DNA of 64,000 nt from Myxococcales bacterium. Lineage in GTDB: Bacteria > Myxococcota_A > UBA9042 > JABWCM01 > BTVJ01. Below the pieces are notes generated by a model that made no database searches, had not been told where the DNA came from, and worked only from the letters and a program-made list of their open reading frames with translations. The stretch covers positions 320,001 to 384,000 of the forward strand of contig BTVJ01000001.1 of NCBI GenBank assembly GCA_045863395.1, in the 5' to 3' direction. The translations under genes were made by a program, and so were the position numbers. The first letter of the stretch is position 1. Each line of letters begins with the position of its first letter. Shown here piece by piece: positions 26,758-36,814 of the stretch.

Positions 26758-27551
26758 CAGATGAAGTCCCGGCGCTGGAAGAGGAGCACGGCGAGCGCCA
26801 GGAAGAAGGCGACGTAGGCCAGGGAGTAGGTCAGCGCGGCCGCCACGAAGGTGCCGGGGATCGGCATGGCCAGGAGCAGGTTCTGGGTCGCGTCGAAGAC
26901 CTGGAGGTCGGGGAACACGGCGACGAAGGCCTCGCCGAGCGGGCGCAGGGAGGGGTGGTCCACGAAGAGGCCGCGACGGGCGTCGAGGAGCTGATCCACC
27001 TGGTAGGCCACCCGCCCGAGGAAGAAGATCCCGAACGTGAACAGGCCGCTGAGCACGGGGCTCGAGAAGGCCGAGAAGAGCACGGCGACGGCTGTGACCA
27101 GCATGATCTCGAAGAAGACCAGCGCGACGACCTTGACGACCTCCACGGTGACGGGGGCCCCCTTGACGGCGAGCACGCCGGTCCACGCGAGGCCGAGGAC
27201 GCCGACCGTCACAAGCAGGATCGCGAGCAGGCCGGCGTACTTGCCCAGCACGATCTCGAAGCGGTGGACCGGCTTCGGGATGATCGTGAAGATGGTCTTC
27301 TTGTCGATCTCTTTGTAGAGCAGGATCACGCCCATGGTGATGGCGATGACCACCCCGAACAGGCCGATGGCGAAGGGGCCGAAGTCCTGGACCACCCGGG
27401 CTGCCTGACCGCGGACGGCCAGCTCTCCGAGCACCAGCGAGAAGGCGATGAAGGCGAGGGCGGCCAGCAGGAGCCCGAGAAACGCGCGGTTGCGGATCGC
27501 CTCGCGCGTGGTGTTCGACGCGATGGCGGAGATGCGAAGCAGTGAGCTCAC
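26757..27551 (-). CDS. pilI: Pilus-associated ABC transporter permease PilI-like
   Basis: IASNTTREAIRNR, LYKEIDKKTIFTIIPKPVHRFEIVLGKY, ends FQRRDF; follows pilH. Confidence 0.8.
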   Translation of the reverse strand: MSSLLRISAIASNTTREAIRNRAFLGLLLAALAFIAFSLVLGELAVRGQAARVVQDFGPFAIGLFGVVIAITMGVILLYKEIDKKTIFTIIPKPVHRFEIVLGKYAGLLAILLVTVGVLGLAWTGVLAVKGAPVTVEVVKVVALVFFEIMLVTAVAVLFSAFSSPVLSGLFTFGIFFLGRVAYQVDQLLDARRGLFVDHPSLRPLGEAFVAVFPDLQVFDATQNLLLAMPIPGTFVAAALTYSLAYVAFFLALAVLLFQRRDFI

Positions 27552-28495
27552 GGCTCGCCTCCTGTCTTGAGCGCCTCGCGCATGAACAGATCCTCCAGGC
27601 TGTCGCGCTTCGGCACGACGCCATCGACCTCTGCGCCGCCGTCCAGCAGCAGGCGCAAGAGCTCCGTGGAGCGGGGCGCCTCGACGACGGCCCGCCACAG
27701 CGCGCCAAGGTCGTCCACCTTGGCGCCGAAGGTCTCGACCCGCTGGGGCAGGTCCGCGTCACCACGGCGCCACGTGACCTCCGCGGTCATCAGGCGCGGG
27801 TTGAGCAGGTCGCTCAGGCGCCCGGCCGCCTGGATGACGCCCTTGTTGATGATCGCCACCTCGTCGCAGATCATCTCGATGTCCGCGAGGATGTGGCTGG
27901 AGAAGAACACCGTCTTCCCGCGGCGCCGCAGGTCCACGATGATGTCGCGGATCTCTTTCCTGCCGATGGGGTCGAGGCCGCTCAGCGGCTCGTCGAGGAC
28001 CACCAGCTCCGGGTCGTTGATCAGCGCCTGCGCGATGCCCACCCGCTGGAGCATGCCCTTCGAGAACTTCCGCAGCGTGCGCTCGCGGGCGTCCGCGAGG
28101 CCCACCAGCTCCAGGAGCTCGCCCACGCGTCGCCTCCGGGCCGCGCGGTCCATCCCGAACAGGCGGGCATAGAAGTCCAGGATCTCGTGGGGCTTCAGGT
28201 AATCGTAGAAGTAGGGCTGCTCCGGCAGGTAGCCGATGCGTGCCCGGACAGCCAGGCTCGCGATGGGCTCCCCGAGCACGCGGACGGTGCCCGCGCTCGG
28301 CCGGATGAGGCCCATGCACATCTTGATGGTGGTGGTCTTGCCCGCGCCGTTGGGACCCAGGAAGCCGAAGACGTGGCCCGCCGGCGCCGCGAAGGTGATG
28401 TCCCGCACCGCCTCGACCTTCTTCAGGCGAACGCCCAGGCGGAAGGTCTTGGACAGGCGCTCCACGGCGATGGCCGGGGTTGCTCCGGAGCTCAC
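27548..28495 (-). CDS. pilH: Pilus-associated ABC transporter ATP-binding protein PilH-like
   Basis: GPNGAGKTT, GYLPEQPYFYDYL, FSKGMLQRVGIAQAL, LDEPLSGLDP, FSSHIL. Confidence 0.85.
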   Translation of the reverse strand: MSSGATPAIAVERLSKTFRLGVRLKKVEAVRDITFAAPAGHVFGFLGPNGAGKTTTIKMCMGLIRPSAGTVRVLGEPIASLAVRARIGYLPEQPYFYDYLKPHEILDFYARLFGMDRAARRRRVGELLELVGLADARERTLRKFSKGMLQRVGIAQALINDPELVVLDEPLSGLDPIGRKEIRDIIVDLRRRGKTVFFSSHILADIEMICDEVAIINKGVIQAAGRLSDLLNPRLMTAEVTWRRGDADLPQRVETFGAKVDDLGALWRAVVEAPRSTELLRLLLDGGAEVDGVVPKRDSLEDLFMREALKTGGEP

Positions 28496-29595
28496 GGCTC
28501 ACCTCCCGTGGTGGTCAAGAGCGCGTCGCGCAGAGCGGCGCCGACCTCGTCGATGGCGTCGGGGCCCATGCCGGGCCACAGCGGCAGGGTGACGCCCGAG
28601 TCATGGATGCGCGCCGCCATGGGGAGCGCCGCGTCGGTGGCCCAGGGGCGGCCTCGCCAGGGCGCCAGCCGGTGGATGGCGTAGCTGGCGACCGTCGCCT
28701 CCGCGCGTGGCGCCAACGCGGCGAGGACGGCCGCGCGATCCACGCCGGGCGGGAGCAGGCCGACCAGGGACTGGACCACGGCGCCGGGCGCGAAGAGGCC
28801 GGGGAGGAGCGCGAGAGGGAAGGAGCGCGCCCGCTCCGCCAGGGCCGCGCGCTCGTCGATGAGGGCGTCGAGGCGCCGCAGCTGCACGACCCCAACAGCC
28901 GCGTGCACGTCGCTCAAGCGCAGGTTCAGGCCGACCTCCTCGAACCGCGCGCCCGGGTCGCCCCCGGTGGCGGGACCCATACCGTGGTTGCGCAGGCGGC
29001 GGGCGCGGTCGACGATCCCGGCGTCGGGGCTGGTCAGGGCGCCGCCCTCGCCGGTGGTGATGACTTTCCTCGGATGGAAGGAGAAGCACGCGACGTCCCC
29101 GAGGGTGCCGCAGGGGCGCCCGTCCAGGGTGGCGCCCAGCGCGCAGGCGGCGTCCTCGATGATGGGCACACCGAGTGAACGCAGCGCTGGGACGTCGGCC
29201 GGGACGCCGAAGGGGTGGACGACGATGACGGCGCGGGTGCGGGCGCTCATGGCCGCCGCGGCGCGGGCGGGATCGAGGGCCCAGCGCTCGGGATCCACGT
29301 CGGCGGCCACCGCGCGAGCGCCGACGGCCTCCACGGCGTTGGCGGGGGCGGGGAAGGTGACGCCCGGCACGATGACCTCGTCGCCCGGGCCCACGCCGAG
29401 GGCGAGCAGCGCCAGGTGCAGCGCCGCGGTGCCCGACGAGGTCGCCGCGACGGGCTGGCCGAGGCGCGTCGCGAGGGCCTCCTCGAAGGCCGCGACCCGG
29501 GCGCCCTGGACGAGGTGGCCCGAGGCGAGGACGTCGCCGACCGCGGCCAGCTCCTCCGGGCCCACCGTCGGGCGGCACAGGGGGATGGGAGTCAT
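28492..29595 (-). CDS. DegT/DnrJ/EryC1/StrS (ArnB-like) NDP-sugar aminotransferase
   Basis: SSGTAALHLAL, IIEDAACALG, FSFHPRKVITTGEGG, GLNLRLSD, TLPLWP. Confidence 0.92.
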   Translation of the reverse strand: MTPIPLCRPTVGPEELAAVGDVLASGHLVQGARVAAFEEALATRLGQPVAATSSGTAALHLALLALGVGPGDEVIVPGVTFPAPANAVEAVGARAVAADVDPERWALDPARAAAAMSARTRAVIVVHPFGVPADVPALRSLGVPIIEDAACALGATLDGRPCGTLGDVACFSFHPRKVITTGEGGALTSPDAGIVDRARRLRNHGMGPATGGDPGARFEEVGLNLRLSDVHAAVGVVQLRRLDALIDERAALAERARSFPLALLPGLFAPGAVVQSLVGLLPPGVDRAAVLAALAPRAEATVASYAIHRLAPWRGRPWATDAALPMAARIHDSGVTLPLWPGMGPDAIDEVGAALRDALLTTTGGEP

Positions 29596-30545
29596 GCGGC
29601 CTCCCGGGCCCGGTACCACGCGATGGTGCGCCGCAGCCCTTCCTCGAGCTCGACGCGCGGCTCGAAGCCGAGCAGGCGCCGCGCCTTGTCGATGTTGGGG
29701 ATGCGCAGCTCCACGTCGGGGAAGTCCCACGCGACGTGCTCCAGGGCAGACCTGGAGCCCGCGAGGCGCACGATGTCCCGGGCGAGCTGGTGGATGGTCA
29801 CCGTGGATCTCGGGTTGCCGATGTTGAAGGAGTGGCCCACGGCCTCGGGCGCCACGAGCGCCGTCAGGATGCCGTCCACGATGTCGTCGATGTAGCACCA
29901 GGCCCGGATCTGGCTCCCATCGTTGTGGAGCTGGAGGGGCTCGCCGCGCAGGGCGCGAACGATGAAATGGTGGACGGCGCCTTCCCCCACCTGGCGGGGG
30001 CCGTAGATGTTGAACGGGCGGATCGCCACGGTGGGCAGGCCAAACTGTTTGAAGTAGTTGTGCGCCAGGTGCTCGGTGGCGAGCTTGCTGACCGCGTAGG
30101 TCCACCGCGCCTCTCCGACGGCGCCGAGCTGGGTCACGTCCCCCTCGGTGACGTTGAAGGCGTAGCGCCCGAAGACCTCGCTGGTCGAGAAGTCGATGAC
30201 CCGCGCGGCGCCTGCCTCCACGCAGGCGTCGAGGACGTTCATGGTCCCGAGCAGGCTCACCTTCATGGTGAGCACGGGGTTCTTCATGACCGTGTCCACG
30301 CCCGCGATGGACGCCATGTGCACCACGCGGGAGCAGCCCTGGACGGCGGCGCGGACGGTGGCCGCGTCGGTGACGTCGCCCTGGAGCAGGGTCACCGCGG
30401 GGTGGCCGTCCAGCGGCGTCCCGGGCAGCGCGTTCCGGTGTAGGTTGTCGAGCAGCACCACCTCGCGGCCGGCGTCGACGAGGCGCGTCGCGAGGGAGGT
30501 GCCGATGAAGCCTGCCCCGCCGGTGATCAGCACGCGCTCGCTCAC
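29592..30545 (-). CDS. NAD-dependent NDP-sugar epimerase/dehydrogenase (extended SDR, ArnA-DH/UXS-like)
   Basis: ITGGAGFIG, STSEVFG, RWTYAVSK (YxxxK), RPFNIYGPRQ, FNIGNP. Confidence 0.9.
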   Translation of the reverse strand: MSERVLITGGAGFIGTSLATRLVDAGREVVLLDNLHRNALPGTPLDGHPAVTLLQGDVTDAATVRAAVQGCSRVVHMASIAGVDTVMKNPVLTMKVSLLGTMNVLDACVEAGAARVIDFSTSEVFGRYAFNVTEGDVTQLGAVGEARWTYAVSKLATEHLAHNYFKQFGLPTVAIRPFNIYGPRQVGEGAVHHFIVRALRGEPLQLHNDGSQIRAWCYIDDIVDGILTALVAPEAVGHSFNIGNPRSTVTIHQLARDIVRLAGSRSALEHVAWDFPDVELRIPNIDKARRLLGFEPRVELEEGLRRTIAWYRAREAA

Positions 30546-31468
30546 GGTGTGGCCTCCTGGTCGTCGGGGGTCTTGGGGGCCTCGTCCTCGGCGGCACGGC
30601 GCTCCAGCGCAACCAGGGCGTCGTCCAGCTCGTCCCAGCTCGCGGGGAGGCGCTCGCTCGCCAGGGGCCCGAGGTAGGTGAAGAACGAGAGGTCCACGAA
30701 GGGGAGCTGCTCCTTCCAGAGCCGCTCCTGCCGCGCGATGTCCAGGAAGGACTCCTCGGCCTCCAGCTTCTGGATCCAGCCGAGCAGCTCCTCGCGCTCC
30801 CGGTCGGACGCATCGAAGTAACGCTGGTAGGCGTGGAACAGCGCCATCTTGTTGTCGTCGCGCTGGGCGTAGAGCGCCGTCAGGTAGCTGGCGTCCAAGC
30901 GGGAGCCCGGAAGCATGGACGCCACCGCGAAGTAGTCGAGGGCCTTCGTGCGCATCGCCTCTCGCTCCTCGGCGGTCTCTGCCTGCCACTCGACCAGGTA
31001 GTTGAAGCCGATGTCGAGCCAGAAGCGCCAGTCGTTGGGGAAGCGCTCGGCGCCGCGCTCTGCATAGTGGATGCTCAACAGGATGTCGTCCTGGGTGATG
31101 TGCTGGCCGTACTTCACGACCTGCGAGGCCCAACGGTAGACGGCCGGGTTGTACGGGTCGAGCTCGATGATCGTGTCGATGTAGGTCACGAGCCAGCGAT
31201 AGACCCGGTCGCCGAAGAGGTGGTCCATGAAATAGGAGAAGCCGCGGATGAACATCAGATCCGCCATGAAGTGCTCCCTACCGAGGGACAGCACGCGCAG
31301 GACCGCCGCAGGCGGCACGTAGGACGCCTCGGCAGCGCCAGGGCGAGCCAGAGCGGCACGCTCGTACCGCAGCTCGACGCGAGTCGTCTGCGTGAACAGG
31401 GCGGACAGCAGCAGCACGACCACCGCGATGACCATGTGCAGGGACCGCTGTAGGGGGACTCCGCGCAA
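30542..31468 (-). CDS. pilG: PilG-like (TPR-like) pilus accessory protein
   Basis: N-terminal TM, YVPP..VLRVLSLG...ADLMFIR, IELDP, RFPNDWR. Position between pilA and pilH. Start uncertain. Confidence 0.6.
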   Translation of the reverse strand: MRGVPLQRSLHMVIAVVVLLLSALFTQTTRVELRYERAALARPGAAEASYVPPAAVLRVLSLGREHFMADLMFIRGFSYFMDHLFGDRVYRWLVTYIDTIIELDPYNPAVYRWASQVVKYGQHITQDDILLSIHYAERGAERFPNDWRFWLDIGFNYLVEWQAETAEEREAMRTKALDYFAVASMLPGSRLDASYLTALYAQRDDNKMALFHAYQRYFDASDREREELLGWIQKLEAEESFLDIARQERLWKEQLPFVDLSFFTYLGPLASERLPASWDELDDALVALERRAAEDEAPKTPDDQEATP

Positions 31469-31553
31469 CCGCTCCTCCTGTGGCTGGGCGCGTTTCGGGG
31501 CGACGGGGGCGATTATGAAGGGTTCGAGGTTGGGTTGGCAAACGCCCGGAGGC

Positions 31554-33113
31554 TCACCGGCCCTCGTGGGCGCTGAGCAGACGGGACGCCCAGTTGGCGA
31601 GCTGCGGTCCCTGGCGGGCGTACAGATCCGCGACGGGCGAGCTCGCCACGGGGGCCCACTCGCCCGTGTCGCGACCTCGAAACGCAGGGTGGGGCATGAC
31701 CAGAAAATCGGCCGGCAGCGCAGCGTAGAGGGGCGGCAGGGCGTCCGCCCCCCCTGGGCTCGACCAGGCGCCGGCGATGGCCTCGGTGATCTGGAGGACG
31801 CGGGGCGGAGCCACCATGCGACCGTCCACGGTCACGCGGAGGGCAGGCCAGGCGTGGTAGAGGATGTAACCGCCCCACGCCGCCGGCGTGGCGACGCGCC
31901 CCTCGACCCCGGAGGAGGCGAGCAGCGCTGTCACCTCCACGGGGAAGTGGCGGGAGTCCACGTCGTCGGCGCGTGCATGGAGCGATGCCGAGACGGACGG
32001 GTACTGGGCCAGCGTCGCATAGTGGATCGTGACGGCGAGGAGCGCCACCGCCACACCTGCCGCGGCGAGGCGCCACCGACGAGGTGCTCCCGGGAGGCCG
32101 TCGCGCCAGAGCCAGGACGCGGCGAGCAGCCCGGCGGGCCACGCCATCCAAGTGAAGCGGATCCAGAGAGTGGCCATGACGAGCAGGGGCACGGCGAGCA
32201 GGAGGCCCAGCGGGCGTGTGACCCGGGGGTCGTCGTCACCGGCGCGGAGGGACCGCAGCCAGCGGGCGGCGGCAATGGCGAACAGCGCCGCGGCGACCGG
32301 GAGCGCGGCGAGGGTGATCGCCATGTTCGGGTGGGCGTAGTCGCTGTACCGGGACAGCACGGCGAGCCAGCTCTGCCACTCCGGGATGCTCGAGACGGAG
32401 CCGCCGTGCTGCCCGGCGGCGTACTCCAGGGAGCCCGCTGCGCCGGGGCACAGGACCCACCCGACCAGGGCCGCGAGGGCCAGCGCGTGGACGCGCAGGT
32501 CGACGGGCGAGGGGCCGCGCCAGCGCGCCAGGGCGAGCGTGGCCACGGAGAGGCCGGCGAGGACCACCACCGCGATGAACGCCCCCCCCAGGTGCAGAGC
32601 CGACCAGAGCAGGAAGGCGACGGCGACGAGCGGGGCTGCACGCAGAGAGAACGTGGGGCGGTCGACCAGGTGGGCGATCAGGAGCCAGGCCGTCAGGTTG
32701 ATGATGTGGGGGCGGACCCGCATGCGGTCGTGCCAGACCACGAGGAGCAGGAGGACGAGGGCGGCGGTGGCGACCACGCTCAGGCCACGACGGCGCAGGA
32801 GCCGCCAGGCGAGCCCGAAGGTGGCGACCACCCAGACCGCGTGGGCGACACGCACGCCGCGGAGGCCGGTGCGCTGGTCCAAGGCGGCGACCAGGGCCTG
32901 ATAGAGCCACTGGAAGGACTGCCATGGGGCGTCCGGGTCGGCGGCGGACCAGAGATCCCGGTCAGGGAGCGCGAGGTGCTCGAGGATCCAGCGCCCGACG
33001 GCGACATGCCAGAAGATGTCGATGTCCCAGATCGGGCGGAGCGCACAGAAGGCGACGAGGGCGCCCAGCAGGCTGACGGCGGCGATCTCCGCAAGGCGCG
33101 ACGAGGGCGACAT
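31554..33113 (-). CDS. Polytopic membrane protein, putative GT-C glycosyltransferase (paralog 1)
   Basis: About 12 hydrophobic segments; DIDIFWHVAVGRWI, WQSFQWLYQ, RMRVRP, LWSALHLGG, IPEW, C-terminal WGGYILY...VDGR. Confidence 0.65.
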   Translation of the reverse strand: MSPSSRLAEIAAVSLLGALVAFCALRPIWDIDIFWHVAVGRWILEHLALPDRDLWSAADPDAPWQSFQWLYQALVAALDQRTGLRGVRVAHAVWVVATFGLAWRLLRRRGLSVVATAALVLLLLVVWHDRMRVRPHIINLTAWLLIAHLVDRPTFSLRAAPLVAVAFLLWSALHLGGAFIAVVVLAGLSVATLALARWRGPSPVDLRVHALALAALVGWVLCPGAAGSLEYAAGQHGGSVSSIPEWQSWLAVLSRYSDYAHPNMAITLAALPVAAALFAIAAARWLRSLRAGDDDPRVTRPLGLLLAVPLLVMATLWIRFTWMAWPAGLLAASWLWRDGLPGAPRRWRLAAAGVAVALLAVTIHYATLAQYPSVSASLHARADDVDSRHFPVEVTALLASSGVEGRVATPAAWGGYILYHAWPALRVTVDGRMVAPPRVLQITEAIAGAWSSPGGADALPPLYAALPADFLVMPHPAFRGRDTGEWAPVASSPVADLYARQGPQLANWASRLLSAHEGR

Positions 33114-33232
33114 GGGCGTGCATCCTACTCCGCATTCGCGCGCCGGTCGACGGCGCGGTAGCATCTGGCACCGCGATTTCATCGACGGGGGCGCACGGGG
33201 TGCCCAGAGTCCACGCGGAGCAGGAGCGCGAC

Positions 33233-35227
33233 ATGGATGAGGGAGCCGGCCACCGCCGGGTGGGCGCGGTAGAGGCGCTGGTCGTCGCCATTGGCGCGGT
33301 CCTGGTGATGCTCTATGCGTTCCGCCCCCTCTACGCGGTGGATCTCTTCTGGCACCTGCGGCTCGGGCAGATCATCGCCGAGACCTGGTCCATCCCGTCG
33401 ACGGACCTGTTCTCCGCGGTGCACCCCGACAGCCCATGGGTCCAGTTCCAGTGGCTGTGGGAGCTCTGCGCCCACCTGATCACGGCCACCTTCGGGCTGA
33501 CGGGGCTCCGGGCGGTCCAGGCCGTCGTGCTCAGCGGCACCTTCGTGGCCTTCTGGGCGGTGCTCCGGTTCTCGCGCCACGGCGCGGGGACGGCCGCGGG
33601 GGCGGGCCTCGCGTCAGCCGCACTGCTCGTGCTGTTCGAGGACCGGATGCAGGTCCGCCCCGACCCGGCCAACCTGGTGCTGCTGGTGCCGGCGCTGCCC
33701 TTCCTGCTCGGCGGCTACCGCACGGCGCGCCCCGCCGTGTACGTCGCCATGGCGGGGCTCGCGTTCCTGTGGGCCAACGTCCACTCCGGCGGGAGCGTGC
33801 TCCTGCTGGCGGCGGTGGGGGCCCTGGCGACAGGCGCGACCCTGCACCGCGCCCTTGGGCTGGGACGGGCTGCGGCAGGGGAGCGGGAGCCGGTGGGGCG
33901 CCTGTGGGCCCTCGTGGGTGCCATGGCGGCGCTGCTGGTAGCGTCCCCCGCGTTCCTGGAGGGCATGGTCCACTTCCAGCGCATCTTTGGCCCAGCGCTG
34001 GCCATCGGGAACCCGGAGTGGGACCCGTCGTGGAAGATGCTGGAGCATGGGCTCCACCCGAACTTCCTGGTGGTGGCGACGCTGCCCTATGCGTGCGCGG
34101 CGGCCTACGTCGCCTTCATTTGGGCGCGGTGGCGGCGGGGGCGCGCAGCGGTGGACCTGTCCGAGGCCCTGATGCTCGGCGGCTTCCTGTTCCTGGCCCA
34201 CCACTGGGTGCGCAGCGCCTACCTGGCGGCGGTGCCGCTCGCGGTCATGCTGCGGCACGTGCGCCCGGGGCGCCTGACGCGGGGTGTCATGATCGCGGGC
34301 GCCGTCGCGCTCCTTGGGGTCACCTACCATTATAATGTGACACGCGCGAGGGGCTCCCTGTGGCGCACCCTGGAGATGGCGTCCTTCGACCTGGAGCCCA
34401 CGGCCTACCCAGAGGAGGCCGCCGAGTGGCTCGTGACCGCAGACATCGAGGGGGGGGCGCTGAACGAGGGGAAGTGGGGCGGCTACCTGATCTGGCGCAA
34501 CTGGCCGAAGATCCGGGTGTTCGTGGACACCAGGCACAACCTGGACGACGAGATGTGGCGGGCCTTCGTGGCGACCCACCACCCCTACCAGCGGGCGCGG
34601 GCGCTGACCGTGGCGGCAGCCCGGTGGGGGCTGGACCTGGCCATCTTCAAGGGGCCGACGTTCCCGCTCTACACGGCGCCCCCGGGGTGGGCGTTGATCT
34701 ACAGGGCCGGCGACCAGGAGGTCCATGCGCGCACCGACACGCCCGGCGGCCAGGAGAGCATCCGCCGCGCCGCGACGTGGTACCGCGTCGCCGCCGAGGA
34801 GCTGCTGCCGGTCCGGGGGGACGACGGGCTACCGGACCTGCGCGCTCTTGCGACGGTGGCGCGCCGCACCGGCGGGCGCGACTGGCTGCGGAACCGGTAC
34901 CAGGCGCTGCGCTGGGAGGACGCCCAGGCGGAGCTGGACAGCGACGTCCCCGAGCGGGAGGCGCGCGGACGGCGGGCCATGGCGATGCTCCTCCATCGCG
35001 CGGGGCTCTATGAGGACGCCGTCCCCTCCCTGGAGGCGCTCCCGGAGGCGCGGACGGACGGGCGGGTGATGCTCGCCATCGCGCTTGGGCGGCTCCAGCT
35101 CGGGCACGAGAAGCAGGCCCGGGAGGCGGTCGTTCGCCTGCTGGCGACGGATCCCGGGGCGCTCTCGCCGGTTGATCGGGAGCGCGTCAGGCTGCTCGCC
35201 GCCGCCCTCGGCCTGCGAGCGCCGTAG
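33233..35227 (+). CDS. Polytopic membrane protein, putative GT-C glycosyltransferase (paralog 2) with C-terminal TPR-like helices
   Basis: VDLFWHLRLGQII, WVQFQWLWE, RMQVRP, LWANVHSGG, NPEW, KWGGYLIW...VFVDTR. Confidence 0.65.
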   Translation: MDEGAGHRRVGAVEALVVAIGAVLVMLYAFRPLYAVDLFWHLRLGQIIAETWSIPSTDLFSAVHPDSPWVQFQWLWELCAHLITATFGLTGLRAVQAVVLSGTFVAFWAVLRFSRHGAGTAAGAGLASAALLVLFEDRMQVRPDPANLVLLVPALPFLLGGYRTARPAVYVAMAGLAFLWANVHSGGSVLLLAAVGALATGATLHRALGLGRAAAGEREPVGRLWALVGAMAALLVASPAFLEGMVHFQRIFGPALAIGNPEWDPSWKMLEHGLHPNFLVVATLPYACAAAYVAFIWARWRRGRAAVDLSEALMLGGFLFLAHHWVRSAYLAAVPLAVMLRHVRPGRLTRGVMIAGAVALLGVTYHYNVTRARGSLWRTLEMASFDLEPTAYPEEAAEWLVTADIEGGALNEGKWGGYLIWRNWPKIRVFVDTRHNLDDEMWRAFVATHHPYQRARALTVAAARWGLDLAIFKGPTFPLYTAPPGWALIYRAGDQEVHARTDTPGGQESIRRAATWYRVAAEELLPVRGDDGLPDLRALATVARRTGGRDWLRNRYQALRWEDAQAELDSDVPEREARGRRAMAMLLHRAGLYEDAVPSLEALPEARTDGRVMLAIALGRLQLGHEKQAREAVVRLLATDPGALSPVDRERVRLLAAALGLRAP

Positions 35228-35380
35228 GCAGGGAGAGCGCGTCTGCGAGAGCGCTGACTGTCGCAGGAGCATGGCAGCGCAAGCCCGAGCCACGAGACGC
35301 CGGAGAGAGGTGCGCAGAGCTCCGGTGTGTTTGAGCGCAGAGTTGCGCCATTTCTGAAATATTGTTCCCCAGAACGCACG

Positions 35381-35414
35381 AAAGCGGCGACCGCCCGGGG
35401 GCGATGCGCCGCTT
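35381..35414 (-). terminator. Probable terminator hairpin downstream of pilA
   Basis: Minus strand aagcggcg-catcgcc-cccg-ggcggt-cgccgctt followed by T, about 40 nt after the pilA stop. Confidence 0.5.
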
Positions 35415-35456
35415 CCGCGCCGCCCCTGGAGGGGCGGCTCAGCAGTGCCGGAGGGG

Positions 35457-36053
<597 letters not shown>

Positions 36054-36181
36054 CCTGTGCTCTCCTTGTTGGTTGCTGCGATTGGAACCCAAACTTCCCG
36101 AGGCCTTCCCGAGGGGGCTCTCCGTCATCGCTGACGGTCGAGCGCTCTCGGGAAGGTCCCCAGCCGCGTGGCGGGAACGTT

Positions 36182-36197
36182 TGCACGACCGGTGCCA
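36182..36197 (-). promoter_or_regulatory. Sigma54 (-24/-12) promoter of pilA
   Basis: Minus strand TGGCAC-CGGTC-GTGCA; PilR enhancer-binding protein is encoded nearby. Confidence 0.8.
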
Positions 36198-36227
36198 ACG
36201 ACGCCCGGAACGGATACAAATCTGGAT

Positions 36228-36411
36228 TTCCAATGAGTTACAGTAGTTGCTGGTCAGGACGGGTCGCCCCCCTCCTCGCGCCCCCCTGCGGCACTCGGCC
36301 GGATAACCCCCTGCAATAGCGAGAGAAATCGCCACTTGGACCCAACGGGATCCTGCGACGGGGGTGACAAAATTCGGCACCCACTGGGTGACGTTTTGCG
36401 ACGGTGACAAG
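36228..36411. promoter_or_regulatory. IHF-like site and candidate PilR upstream activator boxes
   Basis: Minus strand TAACTCATTGGAA (36240-36228) resembles the IHF consensus. Imperfect palindromes GTGACAAAATTCGGCAC (36364-36380) and GTGACGTTTTGCGAC (36388-36402). Confidence 0.5.
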
Positions 36412-36646
36412 CCCCGGGGCCCGCAGGGGTCGAATGGATACACATTGTGCCATACATTCACGCGCAAGGGTCCGCTCAGACCGGACCCCCGTCAAGGTCG
36501 GTTTCACCACGCTCTGCCGGAAATGCTGGGCCCTGATCGCCCCGCAGCAAAAAATGGGAGATGGCCGTCACTTTTGTCGTTGCCAATTTTCGGAGTCTGT
36601 AGTACCTAGCGCGCCACAGTCAGCAGGGGGGCAGGAGGAGGCTCAA

Positions 36647-36814
36647 GTGCAGAACAAGATCGAAGCAACGGTGCGCCCGCAGACGTTGAGCGGCCCTATC
36701 GGTACAAAGTCCAAGCCGCTCCCCCCAGTCACTCCGCTGCCGACTCGCTTCAGGCGAATCGGCCTCGGCGTGATCGACACCACACCCGCGCCCATGGCTC
36801 TCGCTCCACGCTGA
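36647..36814 (+). CDS. Candidate small protein (55 aa, Pro-rich, basic)
   Basis: Strong AGGAGGAGG RBS 5 nt before GTG; hairpins follow the stop. No recognised family. Confidence 0.4.
   Translation: MQNKIEATVRPQTLSGPIGTKSKPLPPVTPLPTRFRRIGLGVIDTTPAPMALAPR

Noticed and set aside
33166..33181. Sigma54 promoter for the second GT-C-like gene (TGGCAC-N5-TTTCA)
   Set aside because: The -12 GC dinucleotide is missing; too weak to call.
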